A stretch of 63,870 nt of DNA, the filler included, from Octopus bimaculoides (taxonomy: Eukaryota), in NCBI RefSeq assembly GCF_001194135.2. It is 8 parts of 6 records of this genome, joined end to end, with 100 filler letters (N's around TTAATTAATTAA, not from the genome) between each part and the next. Parts side by side here need not be neighbours in the genome. Positions count along the whole stretch, not along the records: positions 1 to 26,708 come from NC_068985.1; 7 more parts are not named here. One strand, written 5' to 3'. The notes beneath the pieces are model-generated. The model had not been told where the DNA came from. It ran no database searches and saw only the letters and a list, made by a program, of their open reading frames with translations. The position numbers and the translations under genes are program-made. Positions 9,654 to 22,548 of this stretch are shown here, in pieces (position 1 is the stretch's first letter; each line of letters begins with the position of its first letter).

Positions 9654-11761
9654 ATTCGTATATGAGTACTTTTGACGGTCATGCTATTTATACATACGGC
9701 AGCATAAATCTCGAGGAATGAAATATATTTGAATATTTTACAACCAAAGAGGAGACAAATAAAACTATGACTATAAACGCAATCTTTGTATTCTACTACT
9801 ATGCGAAAATACGTAAGCGCACAAGTCCATACATACACGTGCGTGCCCGAACACCCACGTACATGCGCCTATATTTCTTAACTCATCCACCTTCAGTTCA
9901 AACACACACTTGCTCACCAACACATTCGCCAAAAGATATATATACATATCCGCATGCACGTTCACACACACACACACACACGCACACACGCGCACAAAAA
10001 TGGTTCATACACACGTCTATATACGCACATGCACAAGAAAAACCAGGGCTAAAGACAAAATACAGAAAACAGTCTAAAAAATGTAAAAAAGCAATAAGAG
10101 TAAAACACGTCTATATGCGCACGTACTTGTATATACGCACACATCCACAAATGCGCACAATGGTTCCATATACACGTCTACATACGCACAGGAAGAAACA
10201 GGGTGGAAGGTATATATATACGTGCGAACTTTGTGATATAGAAAGATGGCTCATCTGGAGAAGCAGCTTAGACCCCTGAACTTTTCGAATCATGTCCACA
10301 TGTGGTGAAATTTTCTGTTACGTTTTTGGTCCCCCCGAGATTACAGATAGAACTTGCTTTCTATATTGTGTCCACGTACAAGCATTTTATCTCTCTATAA
10401 TTTTTACTTATATTTCTTATATATTATTTATATGTTTTTAACATATTTATAGAGATATTGTTCTTTAGTTTTATTGCTCATATATTGTTCACACATATTT
10501 TTTGTCTATTCTATCTTCCCACCTGTTTCTTCCTGTGCCTATATAGACGTGTATATGGAAACTTTTGTGCGCATTCCTTCACGGAAACTGAAACGAACAC
10601 GTCGTTTCCTTCTTCTCACAGGGCTTCAATCGCACCGGGGACGTAGCAGAGGACATCGGTTTTGATTTCATGCTGTGATACTCAAACCCGTACCACGCGG
10701 TTGGGGAGCAATCTTTTTCAAGTATTCTTAACATAGGATGACTGGAGAAGAAATTCATAATGATATTTAGTCCATATTGTTACGCACTACAGTTTAATAT
10801 GCCATATATGCACTTTCTCAAAAGTGCTCTATGCGTTTGTTTCCAAACAGAAAATGGAGTCACAGTCTTTAAATATTAATGGTCTATTTAGATTTTTTTA
10901 AATTAAAATTTACTTATCTTTAGCATATACTTGCGATATGAATATTTTATATCCAATCATATGAAACGTCTTATACTTTTGCTAATATAATTCAAAAATA
11001 TGTAGTAAAACTTTTGTTTGCTGGAGAATATATATACATCGATCAATTTTGGATTGCACAAAAGAATTTTATGCATAAAATGACCATTGTAATGTAAATG
11101 CTGTTAGCTTCTCATATATATGTATTTATAAAAATACTAGGCCAATACAGGTGTAACCTGCCTCTCCAACAGACGCACTTGTGCACACGTATTTACATAT
11201 ACACTTTTGTCCGTGTAAGTACACACGCATTTGTGTCTGTCGAATCAAAAATTAATGCCAAAAGTACATACATTTCTGTTTTTAGGTATAGCATGTGTGA
11301 GTGGATGTCCACGTGTGTTGTGAAGTTTCATGTCACATATTTGCTATTCTTCGCTCTGTGTGGTGTGTGTGTGTAAAAATATGTCCGAAAATAAGGTCAC
11401 GTATATCTTATGACCGGCAAGTTCCCCAACTTGCTTACTGTTCCTTACACAGAACGGAGGAGTCTCCCTACTCCATTCAATTATATAGACAGCCTTCCCA
11501 TAAACGCTTATGAATTATGTTAGCACCGTAAGAAATATCTTACGCTTCTTAGATCTCTTTAAAGATCTAGTATCAGGAAATGCTAGTCGGTGAAACTGTG
11601 ACGTATTTTCGCATAGTAGTAGAATACAAAGATTGCGTTTATCGTCATAGTTTTATTTCTCTCCTCTTTGGTTGTAAAATATTCAAATATATTTCATTCC
11701 TCGAGATTTATGCTGCCGTATGTATAAATAGCATGACCGTCAAAGGTACTCATATACGAAT
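9654..11761. repeat. 161-bp inverted repeat pair (9654-9814 and 11601-11761), ~98% identical
   Basis: 3 mismatches by eye. The ORF track shows near-identical translations on opposite strands (TYFRIVVEYKDCVY..INSMTVK.THIRI). Confidence 0.95.
10150..10575. repeat. Inner ~63-bp inverted repeat (10150-10212 and 10512-10575) with degenerate direct copies at ~9990-10140
   Basis: AATGCGCACAA..TTCCATATACACGTCTA.ATA.GCACAGGAAGAAACAGG occurs on both strands. Confidence 0.85.
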
Positions 11762-13192
11762 TATTATATCCACTACAATGTTGTGTAGTTGAGGATTGCT
11801 TTATAAGCAACTGTTGTATGCTTATGATTGTTACATCTTCTCTGAGGAGTGAGTGACAAAAATTAAACGGTCCGTCAGGAGACTTTTCTTTTTGCACATG
11901 ATTAGTGTAGAAATATGCTTACGTTCTAGTTCTTATTCAAACCTGAGAGAAACTTTATAATATTGAATTTAGTTTCAATTCTTTTGATTTACGCTATGCT
12001 ATATATGTGTGGGGGGAGTACATGTCACATATCTTACGTTGGGGGCTTATGTGCCACTTGTAAACGTGTGTATGTGTTTATATGTGTGCATTTCGCAATC
12101 GTTTGATATTATCTCTCGGTTAATATTATAATGTTTATTTCATCCACTACCACTACCACAATTTTATTCTTGCTATCAGGACTTTTCAACATTATGAAAA
12201 TCATTTACTTTTTAAAACACTTATTACCAAACTTTTAATCTACAAAAAAAATTTCTAAGACACTTTATTCATTTTCATCATAAACCTTCCTCTTTTTTTT
12301 CTCTTAATATCTTTTCAAAATATCCACATATTGTCCACTGAAAGTCGCGTACAAATTCTTTCAATGGCATTTTACCCATCGCAAATTATTACTTTGCTTA
12401 GGTTATTTAATAGCTATTGTTGAGATTTTCTCATTAAGTTGCTAGATAAATTATATTTAGCAAACTTCTTTTGGAAACAGTCTAGACCTATTTTCTTTTG
12501 TTTATTTTCAGTTTCATTCACTTATCTTATTTTATGTTTTTGTCTTGACAAATCTGAAATTAAAAATGTAACCGGTAGTGAGTGAAATTGGTAGGGTGCA
12601 TGACAAAACAGCTCTGCTATATATTCTATTTCAAATCCAACCGATTCTACCTGAAATTTTAACATTCCTTCTGAGATCAATGAAATGTATGTCGTGATAG
12701 GAACATCGGAAATCATTTGAAATTAACACTCAATGCTTTTCGAAAAATAACCTATGTAAGTAATGTAATAACGAAGGAGTTGTGTGTTGAACTATAAGTC
12801 TAAAACTTGTCTTACACTGGTTACTATCAAAACTGTTACTTTTAATTAAATGACGAATACATTTTCTAAACCAATCGAAGTTCGAAATATACGCTGTTTT
12901 TATGAAACGCACTCAAAAAATCCCGGATTCAGAATTTAAGAAATTGACCGTGTATTTCATTGGTCGAAATGTCGATGTATTTTATTGCCATTGTAACACG
13001 TTGTGGGGTAATGAAGATTCGAAAACTACAATCGATATATCCTTTGCATTTTCTCAAAATATTTATCAATATATTTCATTGTAATTAGTATGGTGAGGCC
13101 GACCGTAATGTGTCTTGTAACTGAAATTCTGATAAAACTGCGGAATCAAAAACTCTCTTCTTTTATACGTCTCTGTATATATCCACATCTAC

Positions 13193-13248
<56 letters not shown>

Positions 13249-14235
13249 NNNNNNNNNNNNNNNNNNNNNNNNNNNNNNNNNNNNNNNNNNNNNNNNNNNN
13301 NNNNNNNNNNNNNNNNNNNNNNNNNNNNNNNNNNNNNNNNNNNNNNNNNNNNNNNNNNNATATATATATCTACGTCTCGATATAGGCATGCAGGTTTTAA
13401 CGACATTGGGTTCTAATTTATTTTACGTTCATAAGTGACTTACATTTTGTTTTCATCTAGAAATACTTGTAGATTATTGTAAACCGAAAGATCGTAGCTG
13501 AATATCGAAATAGCATTATCAATGTATATCATTATGTGTTACGAAACATTCCACGAATTTGACCTTTACTTACAGATATTCCCAAATTAATATAAATACT
13601 TACTCTCGAAATATAAATATGACATTTTTGCTTTTCAGTGAAGCATGAACAGATAAATATGAGTTCAGAGGATATTCAGCGATTGCTTAAACTCATAATC
13701 AAATATGTATAAATTGCCAACGTTTCGATTGTTTTCATTAGTAGTATTTAAAAAATAACATGCGTTAAGCATAAAACTATTAATGTTAGATAAACAGACA
13801 AATAAATATTAATAAGCTTAATTTTCACCGAAATAATTCATAAACTATACAACGTAAAAAACAACATATTTATTCAGCACGCATGCGTAAGTTACGACCT
13901 CTATATAACTCGAAATACAGCCCCGGTTAATTTAGCATAAAATACAAGAATCTTCAGAAGATTGAATTTACAAGGAGATAAGACAGATAGTCGAGAAATG
14001 AAGCGACGTTGTGTGCCTCATTAGGCAAAAAATTTATTAAAGTAGGTATAACCACTTGGATGCACTACAACAAGTGTGAAAGGAGGTCGATATTAGAAAA
14101 GAATAAAAACATAGCAATATTTCCTTCACAAAGAACATAGACGATTGAAGATTCTGTCGGTTAGTTTACCTGTCTGATTGTCTGTCTATCTATCTCTCCT
14201 CCCTTGCTCTTTCAATCTACCTATATGTATATATA

Positions 14236-14282
<47 letters not shown>

Positions 14283-14440
14283 CTACACATACATACATAT
14301 ATATATATANNNNNNNNNNNNNNNNNNNNNNNNNNNNNNNNNNNNNNNNNNNNNNNNNNNNNNNNNNNNNNNNNNNNNNNNNNNNNNNNNNNNNNNNNNN
14401 NNNNNNNNNNNNNNNNNNNNNNNNNNNNNNNNNNNATATA

Positions 14441-14598
14441 TAGGCGTTGCTGTGTGGTAAGAAGCTTGTTTCCCAACCACATTGTTCCGGGTTCAGTCCA
14501 ACTGCGTGGCACCTTGTGTAAGTGTCTTCTACTTTGGCCTCGGGCCAGCAAAAGCCTTTTGAGTGGATTTGGTAGACGGAGTTTGAGAGAATCCCGTC

Positions 14599-14601
<3 letters not shown>
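14441..14601 (+). mobile_element. SINE type B/C, 5' half ending in expanded (TA)n
   Basis: GCTGTGTGGTAAGAAGCTTG..CCGGGTTCAGTCC..GGCACCTTG.GTAAGTGTCTTCTAC..CCCGTCGTATATA. Confidence 0.85.
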
Positions 14602-14633
<32 letters not shown>

Positions 14634-14698
14634 TATTTAGTTTTCGTAATGAGATAACAAGACCAAGGCTGTATAAATTATAGAACAATTATAAATAG

Positions 14699-14746
14699 GT
14701 CTTACAGCTGTTTCAAGGATATTTATTATATCCCTTCATCGGAGAC
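14699..14746 (-). ncRNA. Minimal hammerhead ribozyme motif with a core substitution (CCGATGA)
   Basis: Minus strand GTCT-CCGATGA-AGGGATAT(AATAA)ATATCCTT-GAA-ACAGCTGT-A-AGAC: 4-bp stem I, 8-bp stem II, palindromic stem III, GUA triplet, U4C change. Confidence 0.6.
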
Positions 14747-15873
14747 GGTGTGAGAGGATGGTTAAGCAATAGTTAATTTAAATAAGATAGGAAATAGAGA
14801 GTAAATGCAGGGATATTTTATTTGTAAATCCAGTGTTTAGGCAGAATGATATGCATATAAGATTCCAATACATTGTGAGTAAAATCCAATAGACTTTAAG
14901 ATTTGCCGAACCGCGAAGGCATGTGTGCGTAACACACTTCGACCGTTCGTCAATCATTGTGAGGTACAAAAACACACATATATATAAACACGAAGTACTG
15001 TGGCCATGCCATCTAGGACTTTTTATGGACTAGTTTTCAGGATTGTGTTTAATATGTAAATTGCTCTATCCTGTAGTGTTACACCGTTAAACTTTCTGGG
15101 TATAGAAATTATACGTTCGTGGATAGCTGACGAGACGAATTTGGTGGCGATGAAAGAACAACACTTCATGTGATATGCATATACACTCCTAAGATTTCTA
15201 TATTTGATAGCGGTGTTTTGATAATCGTATTAGTATAGGCAACGTCGTAACATACAGTGCTGCTTCTCAATCGTATAGATAATCTGTAGAAGTAAAGATT
15301 AAAATGAGAACGTCGTACAGTTATGGCGAAAGTAACGCACACTATTGACTTGTAAACCTTTAGTATACTTGATGTACATCAAAAAATTGTGTTGACAGAT
15401 TTGGTACATATCAAATATCCTATATAGATCATATGAAATATTCAGTAATAATACCGATCCAAAGTAATGTAATAGTGCTGTTATACTCGGTGTGAAAATT
15501 AATGTAGAAATTTGAAATTTCTCAAGGAAAATAAATTCATAAATATGATATACGATTTATCAAATAAGACAACTATTAGTACGGAATTGAATCTAAAAGA
15601 AATAGTAACCAGTTATCTCACCTACATCTCGTGAAAATATTCGCTTAATATAATAACCGTAGCATATGGAAATTAAAGGAATTGAACAATGTTTAGGTAA
15701 TTTACTGCATCTAAAGAAGAACCACGTAATTTTGTATTGTTACTGTATTAATGTCAACTAATTCATATTCACATCAATCAATCATTGTACTCCCACATAT
15801 TTACGTGTTCAAAATAAAAGCATTGTTGAATTATAAATAGAGAGATATATGTATGTATGTGTGCGCGCGTGTT

Positions 15874-15911
<38 letters not shown>

Positions 15912-17489
15912 GTGTGTGCGTGTGTGTGGGGGGGGGTGCGTGTGTGTGTGCGTGTATGTGTACATGCATACATATATATATGTATGTATGTATGTATGTA
16001 TGCAAGTATGTATGTTTGTATCTATCTATCTATTGAAAGTATTTAGGCTTATGTTATCAGTACGCCAACTTAAACGAAATATTCATGAATATGAAAAAGA
16101 TTATTTACGTATCTATTTTAAAATTATCACACTTACATACTGATTCATGAAATATTCTGCTGAATCTACATTCTTTTATTTCCTCTGACATAATCGACGA
16201 TATTAATTAGAAAGATGTTTATTAAATATAGTATTTAATTCTTAACAAAGGGTAGTAACTTTGTTATCCATCAACCAACAGTCTTACTTTATAATGACAT
16301 GCCTACACTCACTTGATCCTATCTAATCGTGGGTCTTTTTACGTAAGAATTACGAAATCCGATCGAAAATACTGCATATAGAAATAGTGAATATCTTTAG
16401 TCTAAAGAATTGTTCAATAGTCGGTAATATTACCATAATACTAATTACATTTATCATCTTATAAATCCCAAAGCAGCGCTTTACGGAATATGGAATAAAA
16501 CTAAAATATTTTGAGATTCGAAAAATTTTGTTTGTAAAACTCTCTTGGACGTGAGTAAATAACTGTCTTAAGATATTCTGCAATTGTATGAGTAATATTG
16601 TATTTCTATTACAGATAAGAACATTACTATTCCTTTAGTAACTATTATTCAATTGCTGCGGAGACTTTATAGCTGCTGTATGTGAATTTACTGTAACGAT
16701 GGATGCTTTGGCAACATAATTTAATAATTGTCAAATTTGCAACTCATCTACTGCAGTACATCTCTCCGAGGAAGGCCCCAAATGATCATTTGACCAGCTA
16801 GAAATTACAGACAACTTACCTTCAAATCATACTCTTCTAACATGGGAACGGAACGAGCCTAGTGAAAATTGTAGCCCAAGATTTATTTCTAATTAAGAGA
16901 GACGCCCATAACTTGAATAAATATAAATCTACTCAATAACAAATTACATGGGATTAAACAATAGTAACAAGTGAACATCCCACCGGCTAGAATTAGTAAG
17001 CAAAAGTCACTTGAATCACTAAAAATAATAGACAAAAATACACGAATCTCTAGAAATAGTAACCGAAAGTCACTCAAACTAGATAGTGCATAAAATTTCT
17101 AAAAATGAGAAAATGAATTGATAACACTAGCTATATGTTATAGATGAATATGAATGTGGTATCATGTTCACAAGTTAGTATAGTACACGATCAGCTGAGA
17201 GCAGATAATACAAATAAAATCCACCAAAAGCTTTGTGAATTGAAGTTAGTCAGGCTTTTCTGACTAAAACTTTACTTTATTTTCCCATTTGTGAATATGA
17301 TAAAAACAAACTGGGTTCGATATAATTGACGTTTTAACGAAGACGTGAATTATGAAGAGAGAGAGAGAACCATAATTGGGAGATAGTTAGCTGCATGATA
17401 TAATAGAAGTTATTTTCATATCTAAATAACATTTTATAATTTCTGTGTAATTGTTAGGGAAGAAAGTCGACCAAACACCAAATCACTAG

Positions 17490-17650
17490 CAAGAAAAATA
17501 ACGCATTCAAGATAGGTAGATCGTGGGTTCGATTCCCGAAGCGGACGGCTCGTTATACTTTTCAGCAAACGCTTCATTTCATGTTGCTCTGAGGTCATTC
17601 GACATTTGACATGCACTACACTTGTGCAAGCAATGTCGAATTACTGGAGA
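17490..17650 (+). mobile_element. Diverged tRNA-derived SINE, third type (D)
   Basis: B-box GTGGGTTCGATTCCCG followed by a CORE-like TTCAGCAAACGCTTCATTTCATGTTGCTC; related to 33790-34030. Confidence 0.55.
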
Positions 17651-18034
17651 GGTACAGCACATATATTTAATCATTATAAACAAATCAGTTGTTTAGATCG
17701 TTCAGCAAAACTTCAATTCTCATATGTCATCTTCGAGATATGTTAATTTGGATGTTATTTCAGATAACTAAATATGTTGATACAAGAGAACCTATCGTCG
17801 GCTATGTATGGAGAATTCAACAATTAAAGATGGGACTTTCTCTCTCCGTATTTTTGCTGTCTAATACTCTGAATTTCTTGAAATTCTTCTAAATGATATT
17901 TGTATCTACTTGTCATTCTAAATGTCTGATCGTTTGATATAGTTAACCAAATTCTTTTGAAACTGAATACTCAATTAATATCTGCCTGGCTATTTTAATC
18001 CCTTTTTTTCCTTCTTTTATATATACATATATCT

Positions 18035-18194
18035 CTTTTCTTTTCCTTGTTTCAGTCATTTGACTGCGGCCATGCTGAAGCACCACCTTTAGTCGAGCAA
18101 ATCGACCCCAGGACTTATTCTTCGGATGCATAGTACATATTCTATCGGTCACTTTTGCCGAACCACTAAATTACGGGGACGTAAACACACAAAC

Positions 18195-18256
<62 letters not shown>

Positions 18257-18358
18257 TTGCATATATGCGACGGACTTCTTTCAGTTTCCATCTACCAAAT
18301 CCACTCGCAAGGCTTTGGTCGGCCCGAGGCTATAGTAGAAGACACTTGCCCAAAGGTG
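18035..18358 (-). mobile_element. Composite SINE type B/C with expanded internal (CA)n(TA)n; head lost in the gap
   Basis: Same order and sequence as 8469-8889. Confidence 0.85.
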
Positions 18359-19624
18359 NNNNNNNNNNNNNNNNNNNNNNNNNNNNNNNNNNNNNNNNNN
18401 NNNNNNNNNNNNNNNNNNNNNNNNNNNNNNNNNNNNNNNNNNNNNNNNNNNNNNNNNNNNNNNNNNNNNNNNNNNNNNNNNNNNNNNNNNNNNNNNNNNN
18501 NNNNNNNNNNNNNNNNNNNNNNNNNNNNNNNNNNNNNNNNNNNNNNNNNNNNNNNNNNNNNNNNNNNNNNNNNNNNNNNNNNNNNNNNNNNNNNNNNNNN
18601 NNNNNNNNNNNNNNNNNNNNNNNNNNNNNNNNNNNNNNNNNNNNNNNNNNNNNNNNNNNNNNNNNNNNNNNNNNNNNNNNNNNNNNNNNNNNNNNNNNNN
18701 NNNNNNNNNNNNNNNNNNNNNNNNNNNNNNNNNNNNNNNNNNNNNNNNNNNNNNNNNNNNNNNNNNNNNNNNNNNNNNNNNNNNNNNNNNNNNNNNNNNN
18801 NNNNNNNNNNNNNNNNNNNNNNNNNNNNNNNNNNNNNNNNNNNNNNNNNNNNNNNNNNNNNNNNNNNNNNNNNNNNNNNNNNNNNNNNNNNNNNNNNNNN
18901 NNNNNNNNNNNNNNNNNNNNNNNNNNNNNNNNNNNNNNNNNNNNNNNNNNNNNNNNNNNNNNNNNNNNNNNNNNNNNNNNNNNNNNNNNNNNNNNNNNNN
19001 NNNNNNNNNNNNNNNNNNNNNNNNNNNNNNNNNNNNNNNNNNNNNNNNNNNNNNNNNNNNNNNNNNNNTATATAGATAGATAGATAGATAGATATATAGA
19101 TATCACATATTGTTAATAATATTGTTAATAATAAAGCCAAGCGTTTAAACAGGTCCTCTTGACAAATATATCTAAATATGCGTCTCATTACCGCAGATTT
19201 TCTCTTGCTGTTTTTAGGCAGATTCCGATATACACAATTTATCTTTCTTTAATGTTGTGCTGAATAGTGTGTCGTGTCTTAAGATTTATTCAAGAAGTCC
19301 AATAGGAAGTATATGCGTGCATTTATGCTTATGTGTGTGTGCGTGTGTGACTCTGTATGCGCTGTGTGCTTACGCGTGTATGTGTGTGTGAGTGGATAGA
19401 CACGTAAATCTATGCATACATATCTATAGACACATACACATATTTTGGTCGGTCAACAAATATAAAGCAACACATTGCATATATGTATCGAATCATACTG
19501 CAAAAACTTGGGCATTGTACTTTTAGATACACACACACGTATATAATCACGCACGTACACATACATACGCGCACATATACACATTTCTATGCAGAGATAT
19601 GAATAGCTACATATTTATATATAT

Positions 19625-19656
<32 letters not shown>

Positions 19657-19718
19657 GCCATTTATGTGTTGATGAATATACACACATACGAAATAAATAT
19701 GTGTCCGTTGGAATATTG

Positions 19719-19755
<37 letters not shown>

Positions 19756-21164
19756 TGTGTGTGTGTGAGTGTGTGAGTATGTGTGTGTATGGATATTTAT
19801 ATGTATATATATATTTACTGATATGTGCATATATATGTATGCATATNNNNNNNNNNNNNNNNNNNNNNNNNNNNNNNNNNNNNNNNNNNNNNNNNNNNNN
19901 NNNNNNNNNNNNNNNNNNNNNNNNNNNNNNNNNNNNNNNNNNNNNNNNNNNNNNNNNNNNNNNNNNNNNNNNNNNNNNNNNNNNNNNNNNNNNNNNNNNN
20001 NNNNNNNNNNNNNNNNNNNNNNNCACACATGTATACATATGTATATATGTATATATACATAAAACAAACTAGAACTTTTTTTGTCTTTAAATAATAACAG
20101 GATATTTCATTCCATTTTATGTTCAGAAAAAAATTTTACATGAAAAGTTTTGTTTCCATCTCTACTGGGACAGGGTAAAATATACATAAATTTAGAAAGG
20201 GAAGGTAACTTCCAGTTACTTCTGCGTTGTAATAGACATACAATTGAATTAGATAAATGAAAGAAAATATGATTCTTAACAAAAGAATAAATTACCCTGT
20301 TTGTTATTTTGTTATCTTCATTATATTCTAAATTTCTTGAATTGTAATTTTTTCCTCTTATTTTTTCCTCTTGATTTATTTAATTATTTTAATATATTTT
20401 CTCTGTCCATTATTTAGCATTTTTAGTTTTTTGTTGCTCTCTTCTACATACTTCTTTTAAATGATCGATGCTATAGGACTCAAAAATCTATGAATGTATG
20501 TATACAAATATAAGCACATATACGTGCATGTGTGTGTGTGTGTGCGCGCGCGTGTGTGCGTGTGTGTGTATGTGTGTGTGTGTGTGTAAGCGTAAGAGTG
20601 GGCTATATGTATACGAAAATTAGTTGTGATACAACTGTCTTTTTGGGGGGACACAGGCAAGGATTTTGCGTAGAAAATTCGCAAGAGCGAATAACGTTTA
20701 TAGGAGTTGGTTGAAGACATTGTGGGTAAAGATTTTTGTACTGTAGAATTTAAAATATGTGACGGGATGTCATTTCTTTATATCTTATTTCGCATCCCGT
20801 CAAGCTCAGTCAAGTAGATATGTAAAGAGAGATTTTAAAAGCTTGGTTGTTAAGCTTGTATGCGAATTCAAGTGGACGAGAAATCACATTTACTTCACAG
20901 TCGTATGACATGTTTTCTAGTGTTTACTTATACATGTATGTGCGTATGAATATTTTATACTGGTTAATATTAGGCTATTTTATTGTTCAGACAAATGCGC
21001 TCAGAAACATGGGTGAGACAGGTTTAGACTCTATTCAAGAGTAGGTCAGAGATCGTTCTGTTAGGTGATTAATGTTTAAGCTGAAATATGGAAGTGCTTA
21101 ACAGCCTCACACACGCACACACATATTTATATGTTGGTGTTATTTGTTATGTTATCATTATTAT

Positions 21165-21224
<60 letters not shown>

Positions 21225-21250
21225 TACACACACACACACACACACACAGA

Positions 21251-21325
21251 TTCGCTCGACTGAAGACGTGCTCCAGCATGGCTGCAGTCAAATGACTGAA
21301 ACAAGTAAAAGAATAAAAGAATATA
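21251..21325 (+). mobile_element. 3' tail of SINE type B/C
   Basis: GTGCTCCAGCATGGCTGCAGTCAAATGACTGAAACAAGTAAAAGAATAAAAGAAT. Confidence 0.8.
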
Positions 21326-21332
21326 TATGTTC

Positions 21333-21363
<31 letters not shown>

Positions 21364-22548
21364 TATATANNNNNNNNNNNNNNNNGTTTTAAATTTAAAT
21401 TTAAGAGAGAGATTTGACGCTAATATCCATTATTATTGTAATTTATTCCTATGTCAATATTTCTGTATAAAGCTATATTTGACCGTCAAATTTAAGTCAA
21501 ACATATAAGTTTGATTTAAGGGCTACAAATTCAAGTCCCATAGCTGCCTGCTAGTGGCGTATTTTCTATCTTATAAGGCTAAATACCCAATTTTTCTCTG
21601 CTGTTTTTACAGCTATGTTGCATTCGAAATTTACTTACTTACCTGCAACATATATATGTGTGTGTGTGTGTGTGTGTGTATTTGTGTACATATATAGAGG
21701 TAAGTATATATAAACATTTATTTACATTAGCATAGTTATACATATATACACATACATGCTTATAGATATATACCTATACATACACACGCACACAGATACA
21801 CACTCATATATATATGTATACTTATACACATATATGCGTGTGTGTGTATGTGTGTATATAAGCTTATATACCTGAGCACATATTCATCTGCTTACACATC
21901 TCACTTTGTCATAGTGCATATTTCTGTCTATGTCTCTGCATACACGTACGTTTTAAGTTTGCATTTCCCCTTTTCGCTCTGTATGTGATTATGTGTTTGG
22001 CATATTTTGTTTCTTGTTATAATTGTCTTTGCATACACCCATCGTGAATAGGTGGCGATTATCATATGATATCTGATTTCGGAGGATGAAAATCAAAATA
22101 GCTTTCAGCTACAAGTGGAAGAGGCATGAAAAATAATATTCTAACGTACATTTTGATAATTATATTGATTGTGAAAGTTGCAAATTTCCAGTATTTGATA
22201 ACGGAATTTGGATTACAGAAATCAAAAGTGCTTTCGGCTACAAAATCAGTTACATTTTATTTAGTATTTCGTTTTTGACAATTTTCTTTATATCTATATA
22301 TGTATGCATGTATATATATATATAGAGGAAGCATTCAGAAAAAAATACAAAAGCCAATATCCATGCTTGATTGTTTGTATGTATCCAATGAAATCTGTCG
22401 AAGACGACGTTTGAGCGTTCAATTTTTTGCAGAAGAACCGGCACAAATTATTTGTTTATAATGATCAAATGTAAGTGTTTTACAATGGCTCACTTCTTCC
22501 ATCAAATCGACATTGCCTCATTGGGGCATAGTGTACCACATATATGTG

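Noticed and set aside
15125-15175. CTGACGA..GAAA as a hammerhead
   Set aside because: Stem II has an A:A mismatch and there is no valid U-H cleavage site or stem I.
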